DNA from: an uncultured Bdellovibrionales bacterium
GTDB taxonomy: Bacteria > Patescibacteriota > Minisyncoccia > Moranbacterales > UBA1568
Direction: 5' to 3'
DNA length: 64,000 bases
Assembly (NCBI GenBank): GCA_964436855.1
Contig: CAYTED010000003.1
Coordinates: 33,393 to 97,392, forward strand
Shown: positions 30,360 through 39,190 of the stretch, piece by piece
Layout: each line of letters begins with the position of its first letter
Position numbering within the stretch: position 1 is the stretch's first letter
Program-made: the position numbers and the translations under genes
Notes under the pieces: generated by a model
What the model was told of the DNA's origin: nothing
Seen by the model: the letters and a program-made list of their open reading frames with translations, nothing else
Database searches by the model: none

Positions 30360-30418
30360 CGACCGCTCTAACCCCTGAGCTACGGTCCCTTCTTGTCTCT
30401 CACCTTCCCTGAGCTCTG

Positions 30419-30490
30419 TGCCGGAGGGCAGAATTGAACTGCCGACGCAAGGATTTTCAGTCCTTCGCTCTACCACTGAGCTACTCCGGC
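30419..30490 (-). tRNA. tRNA-Phe (anticodon GAA)
   Basis: Acceptor GCCGGAG/CTCCGGC, anticodon loop CTGAAAA, T-loop TTCAATT. Confidence 0.85.
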
Positions 30491-30542
30491 ATTTGAAACG
30501 AACACCTCTCTATTATCCACACATTATCCCAAAAATCAACGG

Positions 30543-30616
30543 TGCACGCTCAAGGATTCGAACCTTGGACCCCCTCGGTGTAAACGAGGTGCTCTAACCA
30601 ACTGAGCTAAGCGTGC
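30543..30616 (-). tRNA. tRNA-Val (anticodon TAC)
   Basis: Acceptor GCACGCT/AGCGTGC, anticodon stem CCTCG/CGAGG with loop TTTACAC, T-loop TTCGAAT. Confidence 0.85.
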
Positions 30617-30672
30617 GAACAACATTATTACTGTACCACAAAAAGAAAAAGCGCTTTGTGCGCTTTATTCTG

Positions 30673-30756
30673 TGCCCAAGAGAGGACTCGAACCTCCAAT
30701 CCCTTGCGGGAACTAGCACCTCAAGCTAGCGCGTATACCAATTCCGCCACCTGGGC
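30673..30756 (-). tRNA. tRNA-Leu (anticodon GAG), long variable arm
   Basis: Acceptor GCCCAGG/CTTGGGC, anticodon stem CTAGC/GCTAG with loop TTGAGGT, long variable arm, T-loop TTCGAGT. Confidence 0.8.
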
Positions 30757-30842
30757 ATTCTTCTCAAAACACAGTCTATTATCAATCGTTTCTCTCTTTT
30801 TGGCAAGAAAAATCCCGCTTGTGAGAGCGGGGGATTTCAGGT

Positions 30843-31316
30843 TCATTCAGACCCTTTCTTTTCCTCCGCCGGTATTTCTTCTTTCGGCGTTTCCATTTCA
30901 GCCGGAAGGGTTTCTCCTTCGGGCGTACCCTCTTCCACCACTACAACGTCCTTCGCCTTGAGCGCAACCTCTTTCAATTTCTTCGAAAGTACGCGGACGG
31001 ATTTCTTACGGACATAATACAGTTTTGCGCGTCGCGACTTGGTGCTCTTTACAATCTCGATTTTCTCGATTGCCGGGGAAAGAAGAGGAAGTACGAGTTC
31101 TACACCGACTCCAAAAGAAATTTTCCGCACGGTTATCGTCGGAGACGAACTTTGCCCACCCTTGAGGGCGATAACCGTCCCCTGAAAAAGTTGGGTTCTC
31201 TCTTTTCCGCCTTCTTTGATCTTCCGGTATACCTTGATCACGTCACCCGAATGAAGGTCCGGGAGAGTGGATTTTTTGCGGAGTGATTGGTTGAATTCAA
31301 TGAGTTTCTTGTGCAT
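30843..31316 (-). CDS. rplS: 50S ribosomal protein L19 with acidic/Lys-rich C-terminal extension
   Basis: GDVIKVYRKIKEGGKERTQLFQGTVIALKG core L19 sequence. Confidence 0.9.
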   Translation of the reverse strand: MHKKLIEFNQSLRKKSTLPDLHSGDVIKVYRKIKEGGKERTQLFQGTVIALKGGQSSSPTITVRKISFGVGVELVLPLLSPAIEKIEIVKSTKSRRAKLYYVRKKSVRVLSKKLKEVALKAKDVVVVEEGTPEGETLPAEMETPKEEIPAEEKKGSE

Positions 31317-31380
31317 AAACGTTCAAACATTTTCTGAAAAAAGAAAAGGGTGTTTCACCCTGAATAGAAGCGAATCCATC

Positions 31381-32367
31381 TTATCGCGTTTTTACTTCTT
31401 CGTCAAGCGCCCGAAGCACCGATAGAAAGTCTTCCGGAAGCTCGGAAGAAAAATGATAGAATTTTCCAAAAAGATTGAAAGAAAGCCCTGATGCGTGCAG
31501 GAGATGCCTCTTTGGCGCCCATATCTTTCCCAAGAGATTCCTCGAAAGCCGGCGCCCGTATACCGAGTCGCCAACTACCGGATGACCAATTGAGAGCAAG
31601 TGTACCCGAATCTGATGCGTTCGACCGGATTTCGGAAAAAGCGTCACGAGATCAAATTCGGAAAATCGCTTTTCGACCGTATATTTTGTCTCGGCGGTTC
31701 TTGCTCCGGTATCGGTCGTTTTGGCAACTCGACGGCGCAATGTGTGCGGAATCCGCGCAATACTTCCTTGTATCGATCCGATTTTCTTTGAAAGATTTCC
31801 GTATACGAGCGCCCGATACGTCTTTTGCACCTTTCTTTCTTCGAAAAGAATCTTGAGCGCCTTCCATACGGACGGTTGCTTCGCAAGCACCACTACTCCC
31901 GATGTCTCCCGATCAAGTCGGTGCACGAGACCAAATCGACACTCCTCGCCCAATAGTGCCGCCTCTTTCGGATACTTCTGAAGAAACCACGAGAGCACCG
32001 AATCTTTCCCTGTTGATGAAAGCGGTGTTTCGAGATGTGCCGGTTTCTCGAGAATCAAAAACTGTTCGTTTTCAAAAAGAATCTCCGGGAATGGAACGGG
32101 AACTGATTTTTTGCGAACTTCCGAAAACACTTCTTCGTGGAGAGAAAACGCCACGCGATCACCAGATCGCAATTTACGATTCGGTCGATTTACCGGACGA
32201 TTATTTACGATCGCCCCGAAATTTCGCACCGAGCGCGCAAATGTGTTCCGCGATTGCTCTGGAGCTCCGCATGTTTCAAAAAATTTTGAAAACAAGAAAA
32301 CGTCGAGACGCTTTCCGGCATCCTTCGGGCCGACAATTCCTTCAAATTTCCACTCTTTCTTTTTCAT
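31381..32367 (-). CDS. RluA-family pseudouridine synthase (S4 domain + catalytic domain)
   Basis: S4-like GKRLDVFL region and catalytic HRLDRETSGVVVLAK motif; start at MKKKEWKF (ORF extends to 32445). Confidence 0.8.
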   Translation of the reverse strand: MKKKEWKFEGIVGPKDAGKRLDVFLFSKFFETCGAPEQSRNTFARSVRNFGAIVNNRPVNRPNRKLRSGDRVAFSLHEEVFSEVRKKSVPVPFPEILFENEQFLILEKPAHLETPLSSTGKDSVLSWFLQKYPKEAALLGEECRFGLVHRLDRETSGVVVLAKQPSVWKALKILFEERKVQKTYRALVYGNLSKKIGSIQGSIARIPHTLRRRVAKTTDTGARTAETKYTVEKRFSEFDLVTLFPKSGRTHQIRVHLLSIGHPVVGDSVYGRRLSRNLLGKIWAPKRHLLHASGLSFNLFGKFYHFSSELPEDFLSVLRALDEEVKTR

Positions 32368-32667
32368 ACTCCGAGTATACAATGTTCTTCGTCCAAAAAA
32401 CATTTTCTCCGTATGCGCCACACGTCGTTTCTTTGATTTTTTCAAAACACTTTCTCGAGTTCCTTTTTTTTCTTATTGTGTATTTTATAAAAGAAAAAAC
32501 ACTATATATAGTAATTTTTTCGAAAAATATTTGATTTTTTTCTATTTTATGTTCCAATAATACGCTTATTTCGCGCCTATTTGACAGGCGAATTTTCCGA
32601 GTCGTATGATAGGTGAGCGTCGAGAATTTTTCTCGAACGACATCCTAATTTTTTCTCTTCCAAACAT

Positions 32668-33270
32668 ATGCATACGGAAAAAAGCTCGGAAGCTCCTTGC
32701 TCCACCGTACTCGGCGTAGGCGACACTCTTCCGGATATCGAGTTCGAATATTTTCAAGATGAATCGTTTCGAAAAATGAAACTTTCAGATCTTCGCGGGA
32801 AGTGGGTGGTTGTTCTCTTCTATCCGGCAGATTTTACTTTTGTCTGTCCGACCGAACTTGAGGAACTCGCCGAACGGTATGAAAAATTCAAGACGCTTGG
32901 CGCCGAGGTTCTTTCTTTCAGTACGGATACCGTATTTGTTCACAAGGCGTGGCATGATCACTCGAACGCAATCAAAAAAATCGCCTTTCCAATGGGAGCC
33001 GATCCGACCGGAAAAATCTCCCGCCTCTTCAATGTTTATCTTGAAGATGAGGGTCTTGCGCTTCGCGGTACGTTTGTCATTGATCCGGATGGCGTAGTGC
33101 AAACATCGGAAATTCACGCAAACAATATCGGTCGAAGCGCCGACGAAGCACTCCGAAAACTCGAGGCTGCTATTTTTGTCCGTGAACATCCGGGACAGGT
33201 ATGCCCTGCGAACTGGCAAAAGGGGAAAGAGACGCTCAAGCCGGGAGTGGATCTTGTCGGAAAAATCTAA
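32668..33270 (+). CDS. Peroxiredoxin (typical 2-Cys, AhpC/TSA family)
   Basis: FTFVCPTEL peroxidatic Cys motif and C-terminal VCPANW resolving Cys. Confidence 0.9.
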   Translation: MHTEKSSEAPCSTVLGVGDTLPDIEFEYFQDESFRKMKLSDLRGKWVVVLFYPADFTFVCPTELEELAERYEKFKTLGAEVLSFSTDTVFVHKAWHDHSNAIKKIAFPMGADPTGKISRLFNVYLEDEGLALRGTFVIDPDGVVQTSEIHANNIGRSADEALRKLEAAIFVREHPGQVCPANWQKGKETLKPGVDLVGKI

Positions 33271-33316
33271 CTATTCCAAAATATTTTCTCGCGCGCCTCA
33301 CTCTTAAAACAAACTC

Positions 33317-33883
33317 ATGCCTTACGAACAAAAAAATTTCTCGCATCTTATCGGGATGGAAGGACTTTCGGAGACACTTCTTACTAATCACTTCACGCTC
33401 TACGAAGGGTATGTCAAAAATACCAATACTCTGGTCGACCTTCTCAAACAAGCTGCTATCGGAACACCGGAATATGCCGAGTTGCATCGACGATTTGGCT
33501 GGGAGTGGAATGGCATGCGACTTCATGAGCTCTATTTCGAAAACATGAGCATGGAACGTTCTTCGTTTTCCGGAGAGAAGCTCGGTGCTCTGATCGACTC
33601 GACTTGGGGTTCTTTTGAAAATTGGAAAAATGATTTTGTCGGATGCGGCGCGATGCGTGGGATCGGCTGGGTCGTTCTCGCGCTCGACGAGGAGCACGGG
33701 AAGCTCTTCAATCTCTGGATCAATGAACACGACTTGGGACATCTCGCCGGCGCAAAACCAATTCTTGTTATGGATGTTTTCGAGCACGCATATATGATCG
33801 ATTATGGCTTGAAAAAGGCAGATTATCTCAATACTTTCTTTGATCACATTGATTGGACAGTGGTTGAGGGTCGGATTCAGTAG
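33317..33883 (+). CDS. sodA: Fe/Mn superoxide dismutase
   Basis: HHxxH-type N-terminal region and DVFEHAYMIDY metal-binding motif. Confidence 0.85.
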   Translation: MPYEQKNFSHLIGMEGLSETLLTNHFTLYEGYVKNTNTLVDLLKQAAIGTPEYAELHRRFGWEWNGMRLHELYFENMSMERSSFSGEKLGALIDSTWGSFENWKNDFVGCGAMRGIGWVVLALDEEHGKLFNLWINEHDLGHLAGAKPILVMDVFEHAYMIDYGLKKADYLNTFFDHIDWTVVEGRIQ

Positions 33884-33964
33884 GAAACACAGTCGCACGT
33901 TTTACACGCACTATTTTTACAAAACATACTGTTTTCAATTAACCCGCATTAACCGAGGGATTGT

Positions 33965-36580
33965 ATGGCCATCGAAAAAATAAAAACAAGGGAAGGGGAT
34001 ATCGTCGACTTTATGCCGGAGCGAATTGATAATGCGATCGAGCTCGCCTGTGATGCAATCGGGGAAAACGACAAAGCGTTTATTCCCGAAATTTCCAAAA
34101 AGGTCGTGCATGACCTTGAACACGTTTTCAATGAGATTTTCGTCAATCGAATGCCCTCCGTCGAAGATGTTCAGGATATTGTCGAGCGCAATCTCGTCAA
34201 GGCAAACAAATTTGAGCTTGCCAAGGCATATATTCTCTATCGAGCGGAACGACAGAAAGAACGGGCGGAACGAAAAGAAAAACTGATTCGGGAGTTTGAG
34301 AAAAATACGCTCAAGGTAACGAAGACCGACGGATCAAAAGAGCACTTTGATATCAATAAACTTCGGGCGGTTTTTGATCGAGCGGCAAAGGGCTACAGCG
34401 ATATTTGCCGTTTTGAAGACCTGATGGGTGCTTTCAAGAAAAACCTCGTCGAGGATATCAGGACTTCCGATATTGAGAAACTTCTTGTCAAAACCTGTAT
34501 TGACCTTGTAACAATCGACAATATCTCCTGGCAAAATATTGCGGCGCGTATTCTCCTTGGAGGAATCTACAAAAAGGCAATCAAAAATCGAAACATCACA
34601 CAAAAGGAGATCTATTCTCCGGAGGCATTCAAAGCACATTTTGACCGATATATACAAAAAGAACTCTACTATAAGGATTTCTACAAATATTACTCCCAAG
34701 AAGACATCCTTGAAGCAGGGAAACACCTCGATATCGCGACCGATGAGGGCTACGAATATACGACGATCGTTTCCTTTATCAAGCGATATCTTCTTAATCC
34801 GAATAAGGTTGTCGAGGAGCTTCCTCAGGAAATGTACATGGCGGTGGCACTTTTCCTCGCGATTCCTGAAAAAGACGGTGAGCGTCTTCCGCTTGCACTC
34901 AAGATTTACGAACATTGCTCGAAGCAGCGTATTTCTCTCCCCACGCCGACACTCCTCAATGCGCGTACCAATTACCATCAGCTTTCGAGTTGCTTCAAGA
35001 TCAATGTTGACGACGATTTGCGGGGGATTTACCACGCTGTGGAAAATATGGCACAAATCTCCAAGTTTGGCGGTGGTGTCGGGGTTTACCTCGGCAATAT
35101 TCGCGCGAGAGGCAGCGCTATTCGTGGGGTAAAAGGCATGTCGGGCGGGGTGAATCCTTGGATAAAAGTCATCAACGACACAGCGGTCGCCGTCAATCAG
35201 CTTGGCTCTCGGCTTGGCGCTATATCCGTCACGCTCGATATGTGGCACCTCGATATTTACGACTTCCTCGATCTGCAGACCGAAACGGGGGATATTCGAG
35301 CCAAAGCCTTTGATATTTTTCCTGCGGTTGCTGTCCCGGATCTCTTCATGGAGCGCCTTCGAAATGACGGCGACTGGACACTCTTTGATCCGCATGAGGT
35401 GAAATCCGTTACCGGAATCTCGCTTCAGGATCATTTCAATGAGGATTTCGAGACAATTTATAAGGAATTGGAACAAAACGAGCGCCTCACCATGAAGAGA
35501 TCACTCAAAGCGAAAGAGATCTTCAAGAAATTCCTCAAGACAACCGTCGAAACCGGAATGCCGTATGTATTTTTCCGCGATACGGTCAATCGCCTCAATC
35601 CCAACAAGCACGCGGGCAACATCTACTCCACTCAGCTCTGTACGGAAATTTGCCAGAATACTTCTGCTTCAAAGTTTATCGAGGAAGAAATCGAGGACGG
35701 AAAAATCATTCTTCGCTATGATCCGGGAGACCTTGTTGTTTGCAATCTCGCGTCCGTCAACGTCGCGACTGTTTTTTCGGATGAGGTGATCGCGAGCGTT
35801 TTCCCCGTACTGATGCGCGTTCTCGACAACGTCATCACGCTCAACTACTACCCGATCAAGGAAGCCAAGCGCACCTCCATGCGGTACCGAAGCGTCGGCG
35901 TCGGGTATCTCGGACTTGCCGAGTATCTTGCCACGAGAAAGATTGCTTATGATTCAGAAGAAGCACGCAAAGAAGCCGATCGCTTGTTTGAGCGGTACGC
36001 CTACCACACCTACCGCTCTTCGATCGACCTTGCAAAGGAGCGCGGACACTATGAACTCTATCCGGGAAGCGAGTACTCAAAGGGGATACTTCTTGGAAAG
36101 GCTGTTGATTGGTTTGAGATTCACACAAACTTCGGCGAGGATTGGAAGCGGCTCTTTGCCGATATGAAAGAGCATGGCGTTCGATTTGCCTATCACACCG
36201 CTCCGGCGCCGAACACTTCAACTGCCGGCGTTGTCGGCACCACTGCAGCGCTTCTCCCTATTTACAAGCGATATTTCATTGAGACAAATCTCTCCGCACC
36301 TACGATCCGTGTCGCTCCGAAGCTCTCCAAGGACAATTTCTGGTTTTACAAAGAATACGTCAATATGGATATGAACGACGTGATCGCGATGATGGCAACG
36401 ATTTATCCTTGGATCGATCAGTCTATCAGCTTCGAGTGGATGATCGACCCGGCAAAAGTAAGCCCTGCGCAACTCTACGGATACTATGTCAAAGCGTGGG
36501 AAGAGGGGATCAAAACCGTGTACTATGTCCGATCGCTTTCGGGAGAAGTAAAGGATAACTGCGTTTCCTGCAGCGGATAA
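33965..36580 (+). CDS. nrdA: Ribonucleoside-diphosphate reductase alpha subunit (class I) with N-terminal ATP-cone
   Basis: 871 aa; ATP-cone and catalytic NLCTEI (Cys/Glu) motif; C-terminal Cys pair. Confidence 0.92.
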   Translation: MAIEKIKTREGDIVDFMPERIDNAIELACDAIGENDKAFIPEISKKVVHDLEHVFNEIFVNRMPSVEDVQDIVERNLVKANKFELAKAYILYRAERQKERAERKEKLIREFEKNTLKVTKTDGSKEHFDINKLRAVFDRAAKGYSDICRFEDLMGAFKKNLVEDIRTSDIEKLLVKTCIDLVTIDNISWQNIAARILLGGIYKKAIKNRNITQKEIYSPEAFKAHFDRYIQKELYYKDFYKYYSQEDILEAGKHLDIATDEGYEYTTIVSFIKRYLLNPNKVVEELPQEMYMAVALFLAIPEKDGERLPLALKIYEHCSKQRISLPTPTLLNARTNYHQLSSCFKINVDDDLRGIYHAVENMAQISKFGGGVGVYLGNIRARGSAIRGVKGMSGGVNPWIKVINDTAVAVNQLGSRLGAISVTLDMWHLDIYDFLDLQTETGDIRAKAFDIFPAVAVPDLFMERLRNDGDWTLFDPHEVKSVTGISLQDHFNEDFETIYKELEQNERLTMKRSLKAKEIFKKFLKTTVETGMPYVFFRDTVNRLNPNKHAGNIYSTQLCTEICQNTSASKFIEEEIEDGKIILRYDPGDLVVCNLASVNVATVFSDEVIASVFPVLMRVLDNVITLNYYPIKEAKRTSMRYRSVGVGYLGLAEYLATRKIAYDSEEARKEADRLFERYAYHTYRSSIDLAKERGHYELYPGSEYSKGILLGKAVDWFEIHTNFGEDWKRLFADMKEHGVRFAYHTAPAPNTSTAGVVGTTAALLPIYKRYFIETNLSAPTIRVAPKLSKDNFWFYKEYVNMDMNDVIAMMATIYPWIDQSISFEWMIDPAKVSPAQLYGYYVKAWEEGIKTVYYVRSLSGEVKDNCVSCSG

Positions 36581-36600
36581 AAAAGAGAATCTGGAATCTA

Positions 36601-36722
36601 GAATAAAGAATCTAGACGAAGCCATCTTGAAACAACCCTTCACTCCCTGTAACTCTGCAATAGAAAATAAGTGGATAATATTTTCGAAAATAAATAACCG
36701 AATCCAGATTCAAAATTCTAGA
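36601..36722. promoter_or_regulatory. nrdA-nrdB intergenic region with three copies of palindromic GAATCTAGA / TCTAGATTC motif
   Basis: GGAATCTAGAAT, AGAATCTAGACG and AATTCTAGATTCTT within 120 bp; does not match the NrdR-box consensus. Confidence 0.3.
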
Positions 36723-36739
36723 TTCTTCATTCCTCTCCT

Positions 36740-37783
36740 ATGACCGAAGCAATGCAAACAAACGCGCTCTTCAATCCGACGGGCAACGATTCCGTCGAGT
36801 CGAGAACGATCATAAAGGGCGGAACCACGGGACTTTTCAATCTCAATGCCACGAAATACCCATGGGCGAAGTCGCTCTATCAGATTATGATCGGAAATTT
36901 TTGGGTGCCCGAAAAAGTCTCCGGTCTCAAAGACGATGCGCGGATGTTTCATTCGGATCTCTCTCCCGAAGAACAGCTTGCTTATAAAGGCATTCTCTCT
37001 TTCCTCATCTTTCTTGATTCAATTCAAACGGTGAATCTTCCCCATTTCTCGGACTATGTGACTTCGCCCGAGGTCAATCTCATTCTCTCGATACAGGCCT
37101 ATCAAGAGGCCATTCACTCGCAATCGTATGCGACGATTCTTGAAACCGTGGTCGAGAGTAAAGAGCGTGAAGAAATCTATTATTTTTGGCGAAACGATAA
37201 GATTTTGCTCGAGCGAAACAAATATATCGGCCAGATGTACCAGGATTTCATCGATCATCCGTCGGACACCAATTTCTTCCGTGGAATCGTCGCGAACTTC
37301 CTGCTCGAATCAATTTATTTCTACAACGGATTTGCTTTCTTTGACACCTTGGTCGATCGCATGAAAATGCTCGCAACCGGGCGAATGATCGCCTATATTC
37401 GCCGTGACGAGCTCACGCACGTAACGATCTTCTCCAATATCATCCGCGAAATCAAACGAGAGTTTCCGGAGATTTACGACGAATCGCTCATCAAGGACAT
37501 GATGAAAACCGCCGCTGAGCAGGAAATTGCGTGGGGAAAGCATATTCTCGGCGATCGTATTCCCGGCATCAACGGGCAAACCACCACCGAATACACACAT
37601 TGGCTCGCCAATAAGCGTCTCGGTATGCTCAATATCGATCCCCTCTATCCGGAAGCGATCGAAAATCCCTACAAACATCTCGATCGACTCCAAGACGTCA
37701 ACTCCGACAAAGGAAACTTCTTTGAGACAACCGTGGTGAACTACACGCAGTCATCGAGCCTGAATGGCAGCTGGGATTTTTAA
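36740..37783 (+). CDS. nrdB: Ribonucleoside-diphosphate reductase beta subunit (class I, ferritin-like di-metal)
   Basis: EAIHSQSY and ELTHV E..H metal ligands, tyrosyl radical region. Confidence 0.9.
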   Translation: MTEAMQTNALFNPTGNDSVESRTIIKGGTTGLFNLNATKYPWAKSLYQIMIGNFWVPEKVSGLKDDARMFHSDLSPEEQLAYKGILSFLIFLDSIQTVNLPHFSDYVTSPEVNLILSIQAYQEAIHSQSYATILETVVESKEREEIYYFWRNDKILLERNKYIGQMYQDFIDHPSDTNFFRGIVANFLLESIYFYNGFAFFDTLVDRMKMLATGRMIAYIRRDELTHVTIFSNIIREIKREFPEIYDESLIKDMMKTAAEQEIAWGKHILGDRIPGINGQTTTEYTHWLANKRLGMLNIDPLYPEAIENPYKHLDRLQDVNSDKGNFFETTVVNYTQSSSLNGSWDF

Positions 37784-37867
37784 ATTCTCCCATGCATTGG
37801 TTTTTGTGCAAAATCACGAGTATTCATTTCTCGTTGATTTTTTTATTTTGTTGTATAATCATGCTAT

Positions 37868-39181
37868 ATGCGCTTCAAAAAAATAAAACTTTTTTTTATT
37901 TTTTTTCTTGTGTTTTTTAACGCACCGGAATATTCCTTTGCACTAACCAGTAAAGAGTGCACTGACCTCCACGGACAAAAATTTCCAAAAAACACCTCTT
38001 GTCCATCATCGCTTCCAAATTCTTCCGGGGCACTCGCTGCACCGTTTTTTGATTTCCAATGCTGTCTAAAACAGCCACCACCGGATAAGCAAAAGCTCTG
38101 TTATAACAACGCCGACGAAGTAATCGACTGCGCCTCTACAACACCACGCGTCAGTGATTCCGATTGCGGTGCGGCTTTTGGCGGAATAGCCATCCCAAAC
38201 ACACGCTCTTGCCCAGATTCAAATCCTTTTTTTATCGGTCCGATATCTTCTTCGCTACAATCGAATCTTAACTGCTGCGGATCAAGAGAAAAACCACTTA
38301 TTCCGCAACAAGTTCAAATAGAAGGCGCAGACAAGCCTAAACCCCAATCATTCAACCCCAATCTTCAATATTCTCTTCTTGAAAAACTTCCGGGGATTAG
38401 CGGAACGGAATTCAGTTTGCCGGAATATATCGCCGCCGTCTACAAACTGGCAATCTGGATTGTCGGTCTCTCGGCGCTCTTTATGTTTCTCCTCGGCGCT
38501 TTTATGTATATGCTTTCCGCTGGAAATACCTCCAAAATGGGTTCCGGTAAAGACATTATGCAAGACGCACTCATCGGTCTCGTCCTTGCGCTTGCCTCTT
38601 ACCTTATTCTCTACGTCATCAACCCGGATCTTCTCAAGCTCAAGCTCTCCAGCCTCTCGCTTTCTTCCCAAGGAGCCCAGGAGCAGGCAGCCTCGCCGAC
38701 ATCTGTCAGTATTCCCGTTCCGGGAGATATGAAAAGCGCCGCCGCACAGATCCTCTCGAACGGAAAAATCACCCTCGCAACAAACGGTTCTTGTCGATCC
38801 GAATCCGGACCGGTTACCCCGAGAAAAAATATGGAAGATATCGCTGCGGGAAAATCAATGGACGGGTGTTATTCCGGATGCAATGCGCCAAATGCCAAGC
38901 CCTGCAACCTTCGCATCAATCCCTCTGAAAACATGCTTGATGCGATCCTTATCGTCTCACAAAAATACGCCATTTCCATAACCAGTTTTTCCGGAGGAAG
39001 CCACTCAAAAACATCCCGGCATTACAGCGGACGCGCGACCGATCTTACATCGGGCAATAAATCCGATTGGCCGGGAATCGTGGCTGAATTCAAAAAAAAT
39101 GGCGCCAGTCAGGCTTTTTGTGATAAAAATGGCAATCAGGTAAGCTGCGACAGCGCCGATCATATTCATGTGGGTTACTAA
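37868..39181 (+). CDS. Cys-rich secreted/membrane protein with C-terminal LAS-type (peptidase M15/VanY-like) zinc D,D-peptidase domain
   Basis: Signal peptide and Cys-rich N-domain, then a central two-helix hydrophobic hairpin. The C-terminus has SRHYSGRATD (SxHxxGxAxD) and DHIHVGY, diagnostic of LAS metallopeptidases. Confidence 0.55.
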   Translation: MRFKKIKLFFIFFLVFFNAPEYSFALTSKECTDLHGQKFPKNTSCPSSLPNSSGALAAPFFDFQCCLKQPPPDKQKLCYNNADEVIDCASTTPRVSDSDCGAAFGGIAIPNTRSCPDSNPFFIGPISSSLQSNLNCCGSREKPLIPQQVQIEGADKPKPQSFNPNLQYSLLEKLPGISGTEFSLPEYIAAVYKLAIWIVGLSALFMFLLGAFMYMLSAGNTSKMGSGKDIMQDALIGLVLALASYLILYVINPDLLKLKLSSLSLSSQGAQEQAASPTSVSIPVPGDMKSAAAQILSNGKITLATNGSCRSESGPVTPRKNMEDIAAGKSMDGCYSGCNAPNAKPCNLRINPSENMLDAILIVSQKYAISITSFSGGSHSKTSRHYSGRATDLTSGNKSDWPGIVAEFKKNGASQAFCDKNGNQVSCDSADHIHVGY

Positions 39182-39190
39182 AATGTCCGT

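Larger units (their letters stand above)
29696..30392 (-). tRNA. Intron-containing tRNA(CAU) gene (tRNA-Ile2 or elongator Met); exons 30392-30360 and 29735-29696
   Basis: Exon 1 is GGGACCGTAGCTCAGGGGTTAGAGCGGTCGGCT. Exon 2 is CATAACCGATTGGTCGTTGGTTCGATTCCAACCGGTCCCA. Joined they give a perfect 73-nt cloverleaf with anticodon loop CTCATAA, G1:C72, variable loop TGGTC and T-loop TTCGATT. Confidence 0.85.

Noticed and set aside
33236-33898. 220-aa minus-strand ORF antisense to the superoxide dismutase gene
   Set aside because: It fully overlaps a high-confidence SOD CDS and its translation has no domain signature.
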